In this document: piece by piece, positions 1 through 9,890 of the stretch
Layout of the letters: every line of letters starts with the position of its first letter
Position numbering within the stretch: position 1 is the stretch's first letter
Virus record (IMG/VR): IMGVR_UViG_2563366995_000002
Source of the DNA: a virus
Lineage: Duplodnaviria > Heunggongvirae > Uroviricota > Caudoviricetes
Length of the DNA stretch: 33,423 bases
Reading direction: 5' to 3' (one strand)
Notes under the pieces: generated by a model
What the model saw: the letters and a program-made list of their open reading frames with translations, nothing else
The model's database searches: none
Told to the model about the DNA's origin: nothing
Position numbers and translations under genes: made by a program

Positions 1-1675
<1,675 letters not shown>

Positions 1676-1679
<4 letters not shown>

Positions 1680-1897
1680 TTAATCCCCCTTTGTTTGCGG
1701 ATAAGCTCCAGATCTTGCTGGCAACTGGCGCAAGTCCGACAACCCTGAACGGCCAGGCGTCTTCGTTCATCTATCGGATCGCCACACTCACAACAATGAG
1801 TGGCAGATACAGCCAGGTAGTTCAGGCGGCGCATTTTTATTGCTGTGTTGCGCTGTAATTCTTCTATTTCTGATGCTGAATCAATGATGTCTGCCAT
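1676..1897 (-). CDS. TraR/DksA-family C4 zinc-finger protein
   Basis: 73 aa with two CxxC pairs (CCEC ... CRTC) in the spacing typical of phage TraR/DksA-like proteins. Confidence 0.75.
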
Positions 1898-1949
1898 CTT
1901 TCATTAATCCCTGAACTGTTGGTTAATACGCTTGAGGGTGAATGCGAAC

Positions 1950-1977
1950 AATAAAAAAGGAGCCTGTAGCTCCCTGA
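1950..1977 (-). terminator. putative rho-independent terminator (minus strand)
   Basis: Minus-strand reading GGAGC-TACAG-GCTCC followed by TTTTTTATTG; short stem, so modest confidence. Confidence 0.4.
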
Positions 1978-2090
1978 TAATTTTGCTTTTCATGTTCATC
2001 GTTCCTTAAAGACGCCGTTTAACATGCCGATTGCCAGGCTTAAATGAGTCGGTGTGAATCCCTTCAGCGTTACCGTTTCGCGGTGCTTCT

Positions 2091-2273
2091 TCAGTACGCT
2101 ACGGCAAATGTCATTGACGTTTTTGGAAACTGCTGTCTGACTTTTTTGATTTCAGAATTAGCCTGACGGGCAATGCTGCGAAGGGCGTTTTCTTGCTGAG
2201 GTGTCACTGAACAAGCCCCATGTCGGCAAGCATAAGCACACAGAATATGAAGCCCGCTGCCAGAAAAATGCAT
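2091..2273 (-). CDS. small hypothetical protein at the position of lambda orf61
   Basis: 60-aa ORF downstream of the orf63-like gene on the same strand; position and size match the lambda exo-xis interval. Identity not verified. Confidence 0.35.
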   Translation of the reverse strand: MHFSGSGLHILCAYACRHGACSVTPQQENALRSIARQANSEIKKVRQQFPKTSMTFAVAY

Positions 2274-2283
2274 TCAGTGGTTG

Positions 2284-2475
2284 TCATACCTGGTCTCTCT
2301 CATCTGCTTCTGCTTTCGCCACCATCATTTCCAGCTTTTGTGAAAGGGATGTGGCTAACGTATGAAATTCTTCGTCTGTTTCTGCTGGTATTGGCACAAA
2401 CCTGACTCCAATTTGAGCAAGGCTATGTGCCAAATCAATACTCGTTCTTAACTCAACAGGAGATGCTTTGTGCAT
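2284..2475 (-). CDS. small hypothetical protein (lambda orf63-like)
   Basis: 63-aa ORF in the interval that holds small ORFs in lambda between exo and xis. Confidence 0.5.
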   Translation of the reverse strand: MHKASPVELRTSIDLAHSLAQIGVRFVPIPAETDEEFHTLATSLSQKLEMMVAKAEADERDQV

Positions 2476-2636
2476 ACCGCCCCCCGTTTATTATTTATCT
2501 CCTCAGCCAGCCGCTGGGCTTTCAGCGGATTTCGGATAACAGAAAGACCGTGAAATACCCAGCCTCGCTTTGTAACGGAGTAGACGAAAGTGATCGCGCC
2601 TACCCGGATATTATCGTGAGGATGGGTCATCGCCAT
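2448..2636 (-). CDS. small hypothetical protein (lambda orf60a-like), translationally coupled to exo
   Basis: 62-aa ORF whose ATG overlaps the exo stop (ATGGCGATGA on the minus strand). Confidence 0.5.
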   Translation of the reverse strand: MAMTHPHDNIRVGAITFVYSVTKRGWVFHGLSVIRNPLKAQRLAEEINNKRGAVCTKHLLLS

Positions 2637-3307
2637 TGCTCTCCAAATACAAAACCAATTTCAGCCAGTGCTTCGTCCATTTTTTCGATGAACTCCGGCA
2701 CCATCTCGTCAAAACTCGCCATGTACTTTTCATCCCGCTCAACCACGACATAATGCAGGCCTTCACGCTTCATTCGTGGGTCATAGTTGGCAAAGTACCA
2801 GGCATCTTTTCGTGTCACCCACATGCTGTACTGCACCTGGGCCATGTAAGCCGACTTTATGGCCTCGAAACCACCGAGCCGGAACTTCATGAAATCCCGG
2901 GAGGTAAACGGGCATTTCAGCTCAAGGCCATTGCCGTCACTGCATAAACCATCGGGAGAGCAGGCGGTGCGCATACTTTCGTCGCGATAGATGATCGGGG
3001 ATTCAGTAACATTCACGCCGGAAGTGAATTCAAACAGGGTTCTGGCGTCGTTCTCGTACTGTTTTCCCCACGCCAGCGCCTTAGCATTAACTTCCGGAGC
3101 CACACCGGTGCAAACCTCAGCCAGCAGGGTGTGGAAGTAGGACATTTTCATGTCAGGCCACTTCTTTCCTGAGCGGGGCTTTGCTATCACGTTGTGAACT
3201 TCTGAAGCGGTGATGACGCCGAGCCGTAATTTGTGCCATGCATCATCCCCCTGTTCGACAGCTCTCACGTCGATCCCGGTACGCTGCAGGATAATGTCCG
3301 GTGTCAT
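2627..3307 (-). CDS. exo: lambda exonuclease (Red alpha)
   Basis: 226 aa, matches lambda Exo from memory over its length; 4-nt overlap with bet as in lambda. Confidence 0.95.
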   Translation of the reverse strand: MTPDIILQRTGIDVRAVEQGDDAWHKLRLGVITASEVHNVIAKPRSGKKWPDMKMSYFHTLLAEVCTGVAPEVNAKALAWGKQYENDARTLFEFTSGVNVTESPIIYRDESMRTACSPDGLCSDGNGLELKCPFTSRDFMKFRLGGFEAIKSAYMAQVQYSMWVTRKDAWYFANYDPRMKREGLHYVVVERDEKYMASFDEMVPEFIEKMDEALAEIGFVFGEQWR

Positions 3308-4089
3308 GCTGCCACCTTCTGCTCAGTGGCTTTCTGTTTCAGGAATCCAAGAGCTTTCACTGCTTCGGCCTGTGTCAGTTCTGACGATGCGCGAATGTCG
3401 CGGCGAAATATCTGGGAACAGAGCGGCAATAAGTCGTCATCCCATGTTTTGTCCAGGGCAATCAGCAGAGTGTTAATCTCCTGCATGGTTTCATCGTTAA
3501 CCGGAGTGATGTCGCGTTCCGGCTGACGTTCTGCAGTGTATGCGGTATTTTCGACAATGCGCTCGGCTTCATCCTTGTCATAGATACCAGCAAATCCGAA
3601 GGCCAGACGGGCACACTGAATCATGGCTTTATGCCGTAACATCCGTTTGGGATGCGACTGCCACGGCCCCGTGATTTCTCTGCCTTCGCGGGTTTTGAAT
3701 GGTTCGCGGCGGCATTCATCCATCCACTCGGTAACGCAGATCGGATGATTGCGGTCTTTGCGGTAAATCCGGCATGTACATGATTCATTGTCCTGCTCAA
3801 AGTCCATACCATCAAACTGCTGGTTTTCATTGATGATGCGGGACCAGCCATCAACGCCCACCACCGGAACAATGCCGTTCTGCTTATCAGGGAAGGCGTA
3901 AATTTCTTTCGTCCACGGATTAAGGCCGTACTGGTTGGCGACGATCAACAATGCGATGAACTGCGCATCGCTGGCATCACCTTTAAATGCCGTCTGGCGA
4001 AGAGTGGTGATCAGTTCCTGTGGGTCGACAGAATCCATGCCGACACGTTCAGCCAGCTTCCCTGCCAGCGTTGCGAGTGCTGTACTCAT
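3304..4089 (-). CDS. bet: Bet single-strand annealing recombinase (Red beta)
   Basis: 261 aa, N-terminus [26 protein letters not shown] and overall sequence match lambda Bet. Confidence 0.95.
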   Translation of the reverse strand: MSTALATLAGKLAERVGMDSVDPQELITTLRQTAFKGDASDAQFIALLIVANQYGLNPWTKEIYAFPDKQNGIVPVVGVDGWSRIINENQQFDGMDFEQDNESCTCRIYRKDRNHPICVTEWMDECRREPFKTREGREITGPWQSHPKRMLRHKAMIQCARLAFGFAGIYDKDEAERIVENTAYTAERQPERDITPVNDETMQEINTLLIALDKTWDDDLLPLCSQIFRRDIRASSELTQAEAVKALGFLKQKATEQKVAA

Positions 4090-4094
4090 CCGTT

Positions 4095-4391
4095 TTATAC
4101 CTCTGAATCAATATCAGCCTGATGGTGAGCAATGGTTTCAACTATGTACCGGATGTGTTCTGCTATGCGCTCCTGAAACTCAACATCGTCATCAAACGCA
4201 CGGGTAATGGCTTTTTTGCTGGCCCCGTGGCGTTGTAAATGATCGATGCATAGCGATTCAAACAGGTGCTGGGGCAGGCCTTTTTCCATGTCGTCTGCCA
4301 GTTCTGCCTCTTTCTCTTCACGGGCGATCTGCTGGTAGTGACGCGCCCAGCTCTGAGCCTCAAGACGATCCTGAATGTAATAAGCGTTCAT
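4095..4391 (-). CDS. gam: Gam, RecBCD inhibitor (98-aa form)
   Basis: [21 protein letters not shown]... matches lambda GamS. Confidence 0.95.
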   Translation of the reverse strand: MNAYYIQDRLEAQSWARHYQQIAREEKEAELADDMEKGLPQHLFESLCIDHLQRHGASKKAITRAFDDDVEFQERIAEHIRYIVETIAHHQADIDSEV

Positions 4392-4466
4392 GGCTGAACT
4401 CCTGAAAATGGCTGTGAAAATATCGCCCGCGAAATGCCAGGCTGATTAGGAAAACAGGAAAGGGGG

Positions 4467-4610
4467 TTAGTGAATGCTTTTGCTTGATCTCAGTTTCAGT
4501 ATTAATATCCATTTTTTATAAGCGTCGACGGCCTCACGAAACATCTTTTCATCGCCAATAAAAGTGGCGATAGTGAATTTAGTCTGGATAGCCATAATTG
4601 TTTGATCCAT
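4467..4610 (-). CDS. kil: Kil, host cell-division inhibitor
   Basis: 47 aa from the internal Met of ORF 4467..4736 ([47 protein letters not shown]), matching lambda Kil. Confidence 0.85.
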   Translation of the reverse strand: MDQTIMAIQTKFTIATFIGDEKMFREAVDAYKKWILILKLRSSKSIH

Positions 4611-4743
4611 TTTTTGGGACTCCTGGCTGATTAAGTATGTCGATAAGGCGTTTCCATCCGTCACGTAATTTACGGGTGATTCGTTCAAGTAAAGATTCGG
4701 AAGGGCAGCCAGCAACAGGCCACCCTGCAATGGCATATTGCAT
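4579..4743 (-). CDS. cIII: CIII, FtsH (HflB) protease inhibitor
   Basis: Manual translation of the minus strand gives [54 protein letters not shown] (54 aa), matching lambda CIII; 3' end overlaps kil start as in lambda. Under 60 aa so absent from the ORF track. Confidence 0.85.
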   Translation of the reverse strand: MQYAIAGWPVAGCPSESLLERITRKLRDGWKRLIDILNQPGVPKNGSNNYGYPD

Positions 4744-4815
4744 GGTGTGCTCCTTATTTATACATAACGAAAAACGCCTCGAGTGAAGCGTAATTGGTAT
4801 GCGGTAACGCCGCGC

Positions 4816-5184
4816 TCAGGCGGCCTTGATAGTCATATCATCTGAATCAAATATTCCTGATGTATCGATATCGGTAATTCTTATTCCTTCACTACCATCC
4901 ATTGGAGGCCATCCTTCCTGACCATTTCCATCATTCCAGTCGAACTCACACACAACACCATATGCATTTAAGTCGCTTGAAATTGCTATAAGCAGAGCAT
5001 GTTGCGCCAGCATGATTAATACAGCATTTAATACAGAGCCGTGTTTATTGAGTCGGTATTCAGAGTCTGACCAGAAATTATTAATCTGGTGAAGTTTTTC
5101 CTCTGTCATTACGTCATGGTCAATTTCAATTTCTATTGATGCTTTCCAGTCGTAATCAATGATGTATTTTTTGATGTTTGACAT
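4816..5184 (-). CDS. ea10: Ea10 (early-region ssDNA-binding protein of lambda)
   Basis: 122 aa, matches lambda Ea10 from memory. Confidence 0.8.
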   Translation of the reverse strand: MSNIKKYIIDYDWKASIEIEIDHDVMTEEKLHQINNFWSDSEYRLNKHGSVLNAVLIMLAQHALLIAISSDLNAYGVVCEFDWNDGNGQEGWPPMDGSEGIRITDIDTSGIFDSDDMTIKAA

Positions 5185-5202
5185 CTATTCATATCCTCAT
5201 AG

Positions 5203-5232
5203 ATAAAAAATCGCCCTCACACTGGAGGGCAA
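5203..5232 (-). terminator. rho-independent terminator in the pL operon between ral and ea10 (tL-type)
   Basis: Minus strand: GCCCTCCAGTGTGAGGGC hairpin followed by GATTTTTTATC. Confidence 0.6.
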
Positions 5233-5366
5233 AGAAGATTTCCAATAATCAGAACAAGTCGGCTCCTGTTTAGTTACGAGCGACATTGCTCCGTGTATTC
5301 ACTCGTTGGAATGAATACACAGTGCAGTGTTTATTCTGTTATTTATGCCAAAAATAAAGGCCACTA

Positions 5367-5567
5367 TCAGGCAGCTTTGTTGTTCTGTTTACCAAGTTCT
5401 CTGGCAATCATTGCCGTCGTTCGTATTGCCCATTTATCGACATATTTCCCATCTTCCATTACAGGAAACATTTCTTCAGGCTTAACCATGCATTCCGATT
5501 GCAGCTTGCATCCATTGCATCGTTTGAATTGTCCACACCATTGATTTGTATCAATAGTCGTAGTCAT
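5367..5567 (-). CDS. ral: Ral, restriction alleviation protein
   Basis: 66 aa MTTTIDTNQWCGQFKRCNGCKLQSECMVKPEE..., matches lambda Ral. Confidence 0.85.
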   Translation of the reverse strand: MTTTIDTNQWCGQFKRCNGCKLQSECMVKPEEMFPVMEDGKYVDKWAIRTTAMIARELGKQNNKAA

Positions 5568-5637
5568 ACGGATAGTCCTGGTATTGTTCCATCACATCTT
5601 GAGGATGCTCTTCGAACTCTTCAAATTCTTCTTCCAT
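5551..5637 (-). CDS. orf28-like acidic peptide
   Basis: Manual translation MEEEFEEFEEHPQDVMEQYQDYPYDYDY (28 aa) overlapping the ral start, as for lambda orf28. Confidence 0.5.
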   Translation of the reverse strand: MEEEFEEFEEHPQDVMEQYQDYPYDYDY

Positions 5638-5780
5638 ATATCACCTTAAATAGTGGATTGCGGTAGTAAAGATTGTGCCTGTCTTTTAACCACATCAGGC
5701 TCGGTGGTTCTCGTGTACCCCTACAACGAGAAATCGGATAAACTCTATTCACCCCTACAGAGAGCAAAAGAGAAACGCCG

Positions 5781-6362
5781 ATGAACAACTCATGGTGGCA
5801 GGAACTAATGCATTTTTTCCTGCAAGGAATGACACTTAAACAGTTGATTCATATGCTAATCATCCTGATCATATTGATTATTGTTATGCCGGTAAGCGTA
5901 AAAGAATGGATAAACCTGCATAATCCAGAAATCCTTCCTCATTACTGGATGTATTACATCCTGTTGTTTTGCGTTAGCTATGTGCTTAACGGCGTTGTTA
6001 ATTCCGCTTATCACGCTGTGACTGAAAGAATTGAGGTATTCGCTGCTCAGAAGCGCAAATCTAAAGAAGAAAAATATGTGCAAGATTTGTTTGATTCGTT
6101 AACTCTTGGAGAAAGAGCGTATTTGGCATTCGCTGTAGCCGCTAATAACCAGCTACAAACGGAAAAGGGCGCTCATGAATCAATTTCATTGCTCAAAAAA
6201 GGACTCCTCGTTCGAAGGCCTCCTGCTGTTGGATATCCTGATACCGACCGTTTCGTTATCCCTGAAAGCTATAGACATGAGTGCTACATTAGGTTTGCCG
6301 GGAAGGCAGACAGCCTTATGGATGAACTTATCGCTCAGGATAAGCATGGCAAAAACAAGTAA
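5781..6362 (+). CDS. sieB: SieB superinfection exclusion protein B
   Basis: 193 aa on the opposite strand between ral and N; strongly hydrophobic segment LIHMLIILIILIIVMPV; position and size match lambdoid sieB. Confidence 0.8.
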   Translation: MNNSWWQELMHFFLQGMTLKQLIHMLIILIILIIVMPVSVKEWINLHNPEILPHYWMYYILLFCVSYVLNGVVNSAYHAVTERIEVFAAQKRKSKEEKYVQDLFDSLTLGERAYLAFAVAANNQLQTEKGAHESISLLKKGLLVRRPPAVGYPDTDRFVIPESYRHECYIRFAGKADSLMDELIAQDKHGKNK

Positions 6363-6378
6363 TTAGCAAATGAATTTA

Positions 6379-6651
6379 TCATCTCGCCGTCAGTTGTTTT
6401 GATTTCCGGTAGCCTGCCGCGTAAAGAGCTACGTTCGGAAGACAAGTTGAACCTTCATATTTTCTGGTCAACGTTGTCAGAGTTATCACTTCTGCTCTCA
6501 TTGCTGGTTTGAGCTTGCATTGCAAGACCACTCGTGAAGGGGTTGGCCTGTGTAGCTTGTCGGAGCTGATCGCCTCCTGACTTTGCAGATTTGCGCGACG
6601 AGCTCTACGGCGAGAAGCTGCGGTGCCTTTAAATTCTGTTTTTCTGGACAT
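6379..6651 (-). CDS. N: N-like transcription antitermination protein (non-lambda specificity)
   Basis: Start taken at internal Met MSRKTEFKGTAASRRRARRANLQ preceded by GGGAGG SD; arginine-rich motif near the N-terminus as in N proteins; located downstream of pL/nutL. Sequence differs from lambda N. Confidence 0.75.
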   Translation of the reverse strand: MSRKTEFKGTAASRRRARRANLQSQEAISSDKLHRPTPSRVVLQCKLKPAMRAEVITLTTLTRKYEGSTCLPNVALYAAGYRKSKQLTAR

Positions 6652-6749
6652 GGATTCCTCCCGAATAAACTTTGGCGATGCAATCTCGAAGCTCCTCCTG
6701 AGACGGTTGCTTCGGCATTGCATCCCACAGCTTATGTGGTTGGGTGATC

Positions 6750-6794
6750 TGGCTTTTCAGCCACGTAGTCGAGAGTCGACGTTGTTTAAAGAGC
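6750..6794 (-). promoter_or_regulatory. nutL: nutL (boxA + boxB)
   Basis: Minus strand reads GGCTCTTTAAACAACG...CTAC-G-TGGCTGAAAAGCCA: boxA-like GCTCTTTA followed by a stem-loop with GAAAA loop; near-identical architecture recurs at nutR. Confidence 0.7.
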
Positions 6795-6799
6795 CTGCC

Positions 6800-6900
6800 A
6801 GTCTGTTCCATTTGGCTTCCAGCGTCCTGCTGACGGTTAAATAGTACGATATGTACTTTACAAGATCAATACAATTTGTTGTAAGTTGGCGTGGTTTTTT
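6800..6900 (-). promoter_or_regulatory. pL promoter / OL operator region (approximate)
   Basis: Intergenic AT-rich segment between the nutL and the terminator of the cI operon; contains inverted repeats (TACAATTTGTTGTA) and a motif AAAGTACATATCGTA shared with the OR region. Exact -35/-10 and operator boundaries not resolved. Confidence 0.45.
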
Positions 6901-7054
6901 ATAACGCTTTGTATTTAATAGTGTTGTTTTTTAGCGTGGATGTATTGCCTCGGCGATGTAAGGAGAGATCAGAATTGCGTGGTTTAGTGGGTTGCATCTA
7001 TTTATTTTTCAATAAATATAATTGGTTATGTGTTTTTAGGTGGGCGAACGTGAG

Positions 7055-7083
7055 GCAAAGAAAACCCGGCGCTGAGGCCGGGT
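7055..7083 (-). terminator. rho-independent terminator ending the cI-geneA-geneB operon
   Basis: Minus strand: AACCCGGCCTCAGCGCCGGGTTTTCTTTG, GC-rich stem plus U-tract immediately after the stop of the 250-aa ORF; analogous to tIMM after rexB in lambda. Confidence 0.7.
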
Positions 7084-7087
7084 TGTA

Positions 7088-7840
7088 TTATGCTGCAAGT
7101 CTCTTAACCCAAGTCTCTCTTTTGGAGAATGGTAGAACTTGGCTTGATTCATGGAAGAGTAAGGAGAGTTGTTGCATTTGATCACCAATTGCTTCGCTGT
7201 CTATAACAACAAATCTGTTGTTATACTCCTCACTTGAAGCTTTAAGATCAATTAGTTTCCCAAGCAATGAGTAAGCACTATTCCAGCTTCCTCCGTGTTT
7301 CACGCTTGATGTAAAAACGTATTTAGGTATGTCGGTTTTTATTGTTACAGGGACGGTAATTTGATGTCCACTCAAGCCATATACGTTTTCACGAAGAGAA
7401 AGTGCGTCTCTAAGCTCTGTGTGATATAGATAATCAATAACCATACTTTCAAACTTTTCAGCTTGAACTGGCTGATACCAGTCTAACGACAAAGTTGATG
7501 CGAGTATACCAGCTCTAATTATGTTCGATGTAATCGCACCGACATCCTTTTCTGTTGCCCAAGCAATGATTTCTCCTCGAGCATTGAGTTCTGCGCCTTC
7601 TTTAAGCAGTAATTGTCGTATCTCATCAAGTCGTTTTTTGGTAAGCGAGATCCCTCTTGCCTCCATATTCATTAAGGCATCGCATCTGTCACTAACTAAA
7701 TACCTACCATTGACTTCACGGATAAAGGCACCGACATGCTCTCCATCATCACAGTAAGTGAATGGACTGATAATTCTCAAGGTCTTGCCTATTGGATGGC
7801 ATTCGAAACCTAGTTGTGAGATCACTGTTGAGCACATCAT
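7088..7840 (-). CDS. hypothetical protein B of cI-linked cassette (250 aa), function unknown
   Basis: ORF whose start overlaps the stop of the upstream 185-aa ORF by 4 nt (ATGA); followed by terminator; no motif I can assign. Confidence 0.8.
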   Translation of the reverse strand: MMCSTVISQLGFECHPIGKTLRIISPFTYCDDGEHVGAFIREVNGRYLVSDRCDALMNMEARGISLTKKRLDEIRQLLLKEGAELNARGEIIAWATEKDVGAITSNIIRAGILASTLSLDWYQPVQAEKFESMVIDYLYHTELRDALSLRENVYGLSGHQITVPVTIKTDIPKYVFTSSVKHGGSWNSAYSLLGKLIDLKASSEEYNNRFVVIDSEAIGDQMQQLSLLFHESSQVLPFSKRETWVKRLAA

Positions 7841-8394
7841 ATTCCAAACCCCATTTGCCCCGACTCATCTTCAAGCGGTAAAGGTATTCTCCCAGAGTAA
7901 GTTATGTTCAGATGTTTACAGAAGTAATTCCAATACCCTACCAGGTCATCTGGGTTTATGTCATCTTCGATTGGAAACGCTATTCTATCACTATAGTATC
8001 CAGCTTCTTCATAGTATACATGGTAGTGAGCACCGTAAATGATATCTTGGTACTTCGGATGATCGACCTTGTAACTATTCGTGTGTTTGTCAAAGTGATA
8101 GGTATCTACCGCGAAAACCCTCTTGTTATGATAGAAAGCAATAATATTTATTTTAGGGTAAGAAATCGGGTCATCAGGTTCTGAATCCTGATCTGGTTTC
8201 CATTTCAGTTCAAACTTTAGCCCTTGTATAGGTATACAATCCTCATCCAAGGGGATGATATGGGCTTGTAGCCACATATCAGAGCGACTTGGTTTCTGTT
8301 TCCATTTAACGCCAGAAAAGTTAACTATTTTTTTACAATAAAGTACTTTATCAACTTCTACTTGGCTTGGCTGATAATCATCTATTTTTGCCAA
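7837..8394 (-). CDS. hypothetical protein A of cI-linked cassette (185 aa), function unknown; start codon uncertain (TTG at 8394 with AGGGCGG SD, or downstream ATG)
   Basis: ORF begins about 40 bp downstream of cI stop on the same strand; Tyr/His/Trp-rich, no clear transmembrane segment; AT-rich codon usage. Confidence 0.7.
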   Translation of the reverse strand: MAKIDDYQPSQVEVDKVLYCKKIVNFSGVKWKQKPSRSDMWLQAHIIPLDEDCIPIQGLKFELKWKPDQDSEPDDPISYPKINIIAFYHNKRVFAVDTYHFDKHTNSYKVDHPKYQDIIYGAHYHVYYEEAGYYSDRIAFPIEDDINPDDLVGYWNYFCKHLNITYSGRIPLPLEDESGQMGFGI

Positions 8395-8433
8395 TGTTTA
8401 CCGCCCTGTAAATTGTAGATAAAAGTGGTTTCA

Positions 8434-9093
8434 TCACCCAAACGTCTCTTCAGGCCATTGGCTGGCGATAACTTTCCCCACAACGGAACAACTCTCATTG
8501 CATGGGATCATTGGGTATTGTGGGTTTAGTGGCTGTAGAAACACCTGACCGCTATCCCTGATCAGTTTCTTGAAGGTAAATTCATCACCACCAAGTCTGG
8601 CTATGCAGAAATCGCCGGGCTCAACAGCTTGCTCAGGGTCAACCAGAATTAACATCCCGTCAGGAAAGCTGGGTTTGGAACCTGTTGGTGCGGTCATTGA
8701 GTTACCTTCAACCTCAAGCCAGAATGCAGAGTCACTGGCTTTTTTGGTTGTGCTTACCAATCTCTCCGCATCGCCTTTGGTAAAGGTTCTGAGTTCTGGA
8801 GAGAACATCCCAGCCTGAACATGAGAAAAAACAGGGTACTCATATTGTTTTTTAACTGGGGCCGATGAGTATTCGCCAACAGGTGAAAATGTCCCGTCGT
8901 GGTTGAATGATATGTTATCAATACCAAGGTATTTAAACACCACACCAATATCACTAAGAGATGGATGACGAGATCCGCGCAACCAGTGTCCAATCCCACC
9001 CTGCGTCATACCTAGCTCTTCGGCTAACTTCTCTTGAGTTATGCCGAGCTCTTTCATTCTGGATCTAGCCAGTTCATACCATTTCATTTTCAT
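8434..9093 (-). CDS. cI: CI prophage repressor (LexA-like S24 autopeptidase); mosaic: novel N-terminal HTH domain fused to lambda-type C-terminal domain
   Basis: C-terminal ~130 aa match lambda CI ([20 protein letters not shown] ... [16 protein letters not shown]); N-terminal ~85 aa unrelated to lambda CI. Start could be 9093 or 9087 (MKMKW / MKW); ORF extends to 9135. Confidence 0.9.
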   Translation of the reverse strand: MKMKWYELARSRMKELGITQEKLAEELGMTQGGIGHWLRGSRHPSLSDIGVVFKYLGIDNISFNHDGTFSPVGEYSSAPVKKQYEYPVFSHVQAGMFSPELRTFTKGDAERLVSTTKKASDSAFWLEVEGNSMTAPTGSKPSFPDGMLILVDPEQAVEPGDFCIARLGGDEFTFKKLIRDSGQVFLQPLNPQYPMIPCNESCSVVGKVIASQWPEETFG

Positions 9094-9204
9094 GTCCTTA
9101 TTATTACGCTCTGTACTGGAACCATCCATGCACAATGTGTATTTTTACTTGTATTCGCAAAGTACATATTGTATTTTTTTATTCGTGTTTACTATGGAGG
9201 GCAT
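9094..9204. promoter_or_regulatory. OR operator region with divergent promoters pRM and pR (approximate)
   Basis: Intergenic region between divergent cI and cro; inverted repeats TACTT-N9-AAGTA and TACA-TAT-TGTA; possible -10 TACTAT; shares AAAGTACATAT with the OL region. Confidence 0.6.
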
Positions 9205-9420
9205 ATGAGCAACCTACGAAAATATCGAGAGTCACTGAATATCTCTCAAACAACACTTGCTAAGGCAGTTGGATGCACACAGGGAGCTATCGGACATTGG
9301 GAATCTGGTCGTCGCTTCCCAGACCTTAAAACATGCCGTGCTCTTGTTGCGTGCCTAAACAAGTTAGGCGCAAAAGTCAGTCTTGATGACGTGTTCCCGC
9401 CGGAACACAAAGCCGCTTAA
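9205..9420 (+). CDS. cro: Cro-like HTH regulator (non-lambda)
   Basis: 71 aa from internal Met of ORF 9034..9420 with GGAGGG SD; HTH-like segment QTTLAKAVGCTQGAIGHWESG; first gene rightward of OR. Confidence 0.8.
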   Translation: MSNLRKYRESLNISQTTLAKAVGCTQGAIGHWESGRRFPDLKTCRALVACLNKLGAKVSLDDVFPPEHKAA

Positions 9421-9429
9421 TAAGCGGAT

Positions 9430-9477
9430 CCGCTCTTTGTAACAACGGACATTCGTCCTACGTCGCTGAAAAGCGAG
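9430..9477 (+). promoter_or_regulatory. nutR: nutR (boxA + boxB)
   Basis: CCGCTCTTTGTAACAACG ... CTACG-TCGCTGAAAAGCGA, same architecture as nutL with one stem base-pair changed. Confidence 0.65.
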
Positions 9478-9561
9478 TTCCAAGATATCTGACCAACTAA
9501 GGCCATATGCGTTTCCACGCATACCTTTCAACTAACTATTCACTATTGGAAATCTTAAGAA

Positions 9562-9858
9562 ATGGAAAGAACAAGTTACAGCAAACTATCACAGCGTGAC
9601 GTTGATCGCGCAGAAACAGATTTACTTATCAATCTGTCAGCTATTACCCAGCGCGGTCTGGCAAAGATGATTGGCTGTCATGAATCGAAGATAAGCAGAA
9701 CGGACTGGAGATTTATTGCTTCGGTCTTGTGTGCTTTCGGAATGGCATCAGACATCAGTCCGATTAGCAGGGCTTTTAAGTATGCGCTTGATGGACTCAC
9801 CAATAAAAAACGCCCGGCGGCAACCGAGCGTTCTGAACAAATCCAGATGGAATTCTGA
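9562..9858 (+). CDS. cII: CII transcriptional activator (hybrid: divergent N-terminus, lambda-identical C-terminus)
   Basis: C-terminal LTNKKRPAATERSEQIQMEF matches lambda CII; N-terminal region differs. Confidence 0.85.
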   Translation: MERTSYSKLSQRDVDRAETDLLINLSAITQRGLAKMIGCHESKISRTDWRFIASVLCAFGMASDISPISRAFKYALDGLTNKKRPAATERSEQIQMEF

Positions 9859-9890
9859 GGTCATTACTGGATCAATCCACAGGAGTCATT

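Noticed and set aside
1899-2000. 33-aa minus-strand ORF immediately upstream of the TraR-like gene
   Set aside because: Reads straight through the putative terminator hairpin and has no convincing ribosome-binding site.
2204-2287. 27-aa hydrophobic ORF (MTTTECIFLAAGFIFCVLMLADMGLVQ) overlapping the stop of the orf63-like gene; looked like a small membrane toxin
   Set aside because: Very short, and it overlaps the 60-aa ORF 2091..2273 in another frame, which is the better candidate for the lambda orf61-position gene; cannot be distinguished without homologues.
6498-6728. 76-aa ORF overlapping N in another frame
   Set aside because: The N frame carries the arginine-rich motif and a good SD; this alternative frame is most likely a by-product.
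6891-7181. 96-aa plus-strand ORF spanning the pL/OL region and the operon terminator
   Set aside because: Lies across regulatory DNA and a terminator hairpin; no RBS; likely spurious.
8570-8999. ORFs antisense to or out of frame with cI (8570..8818 +, 8754..8999 -)
   Set aside because: Fully inside the well-supported cI gene; typical shadow ORFs.
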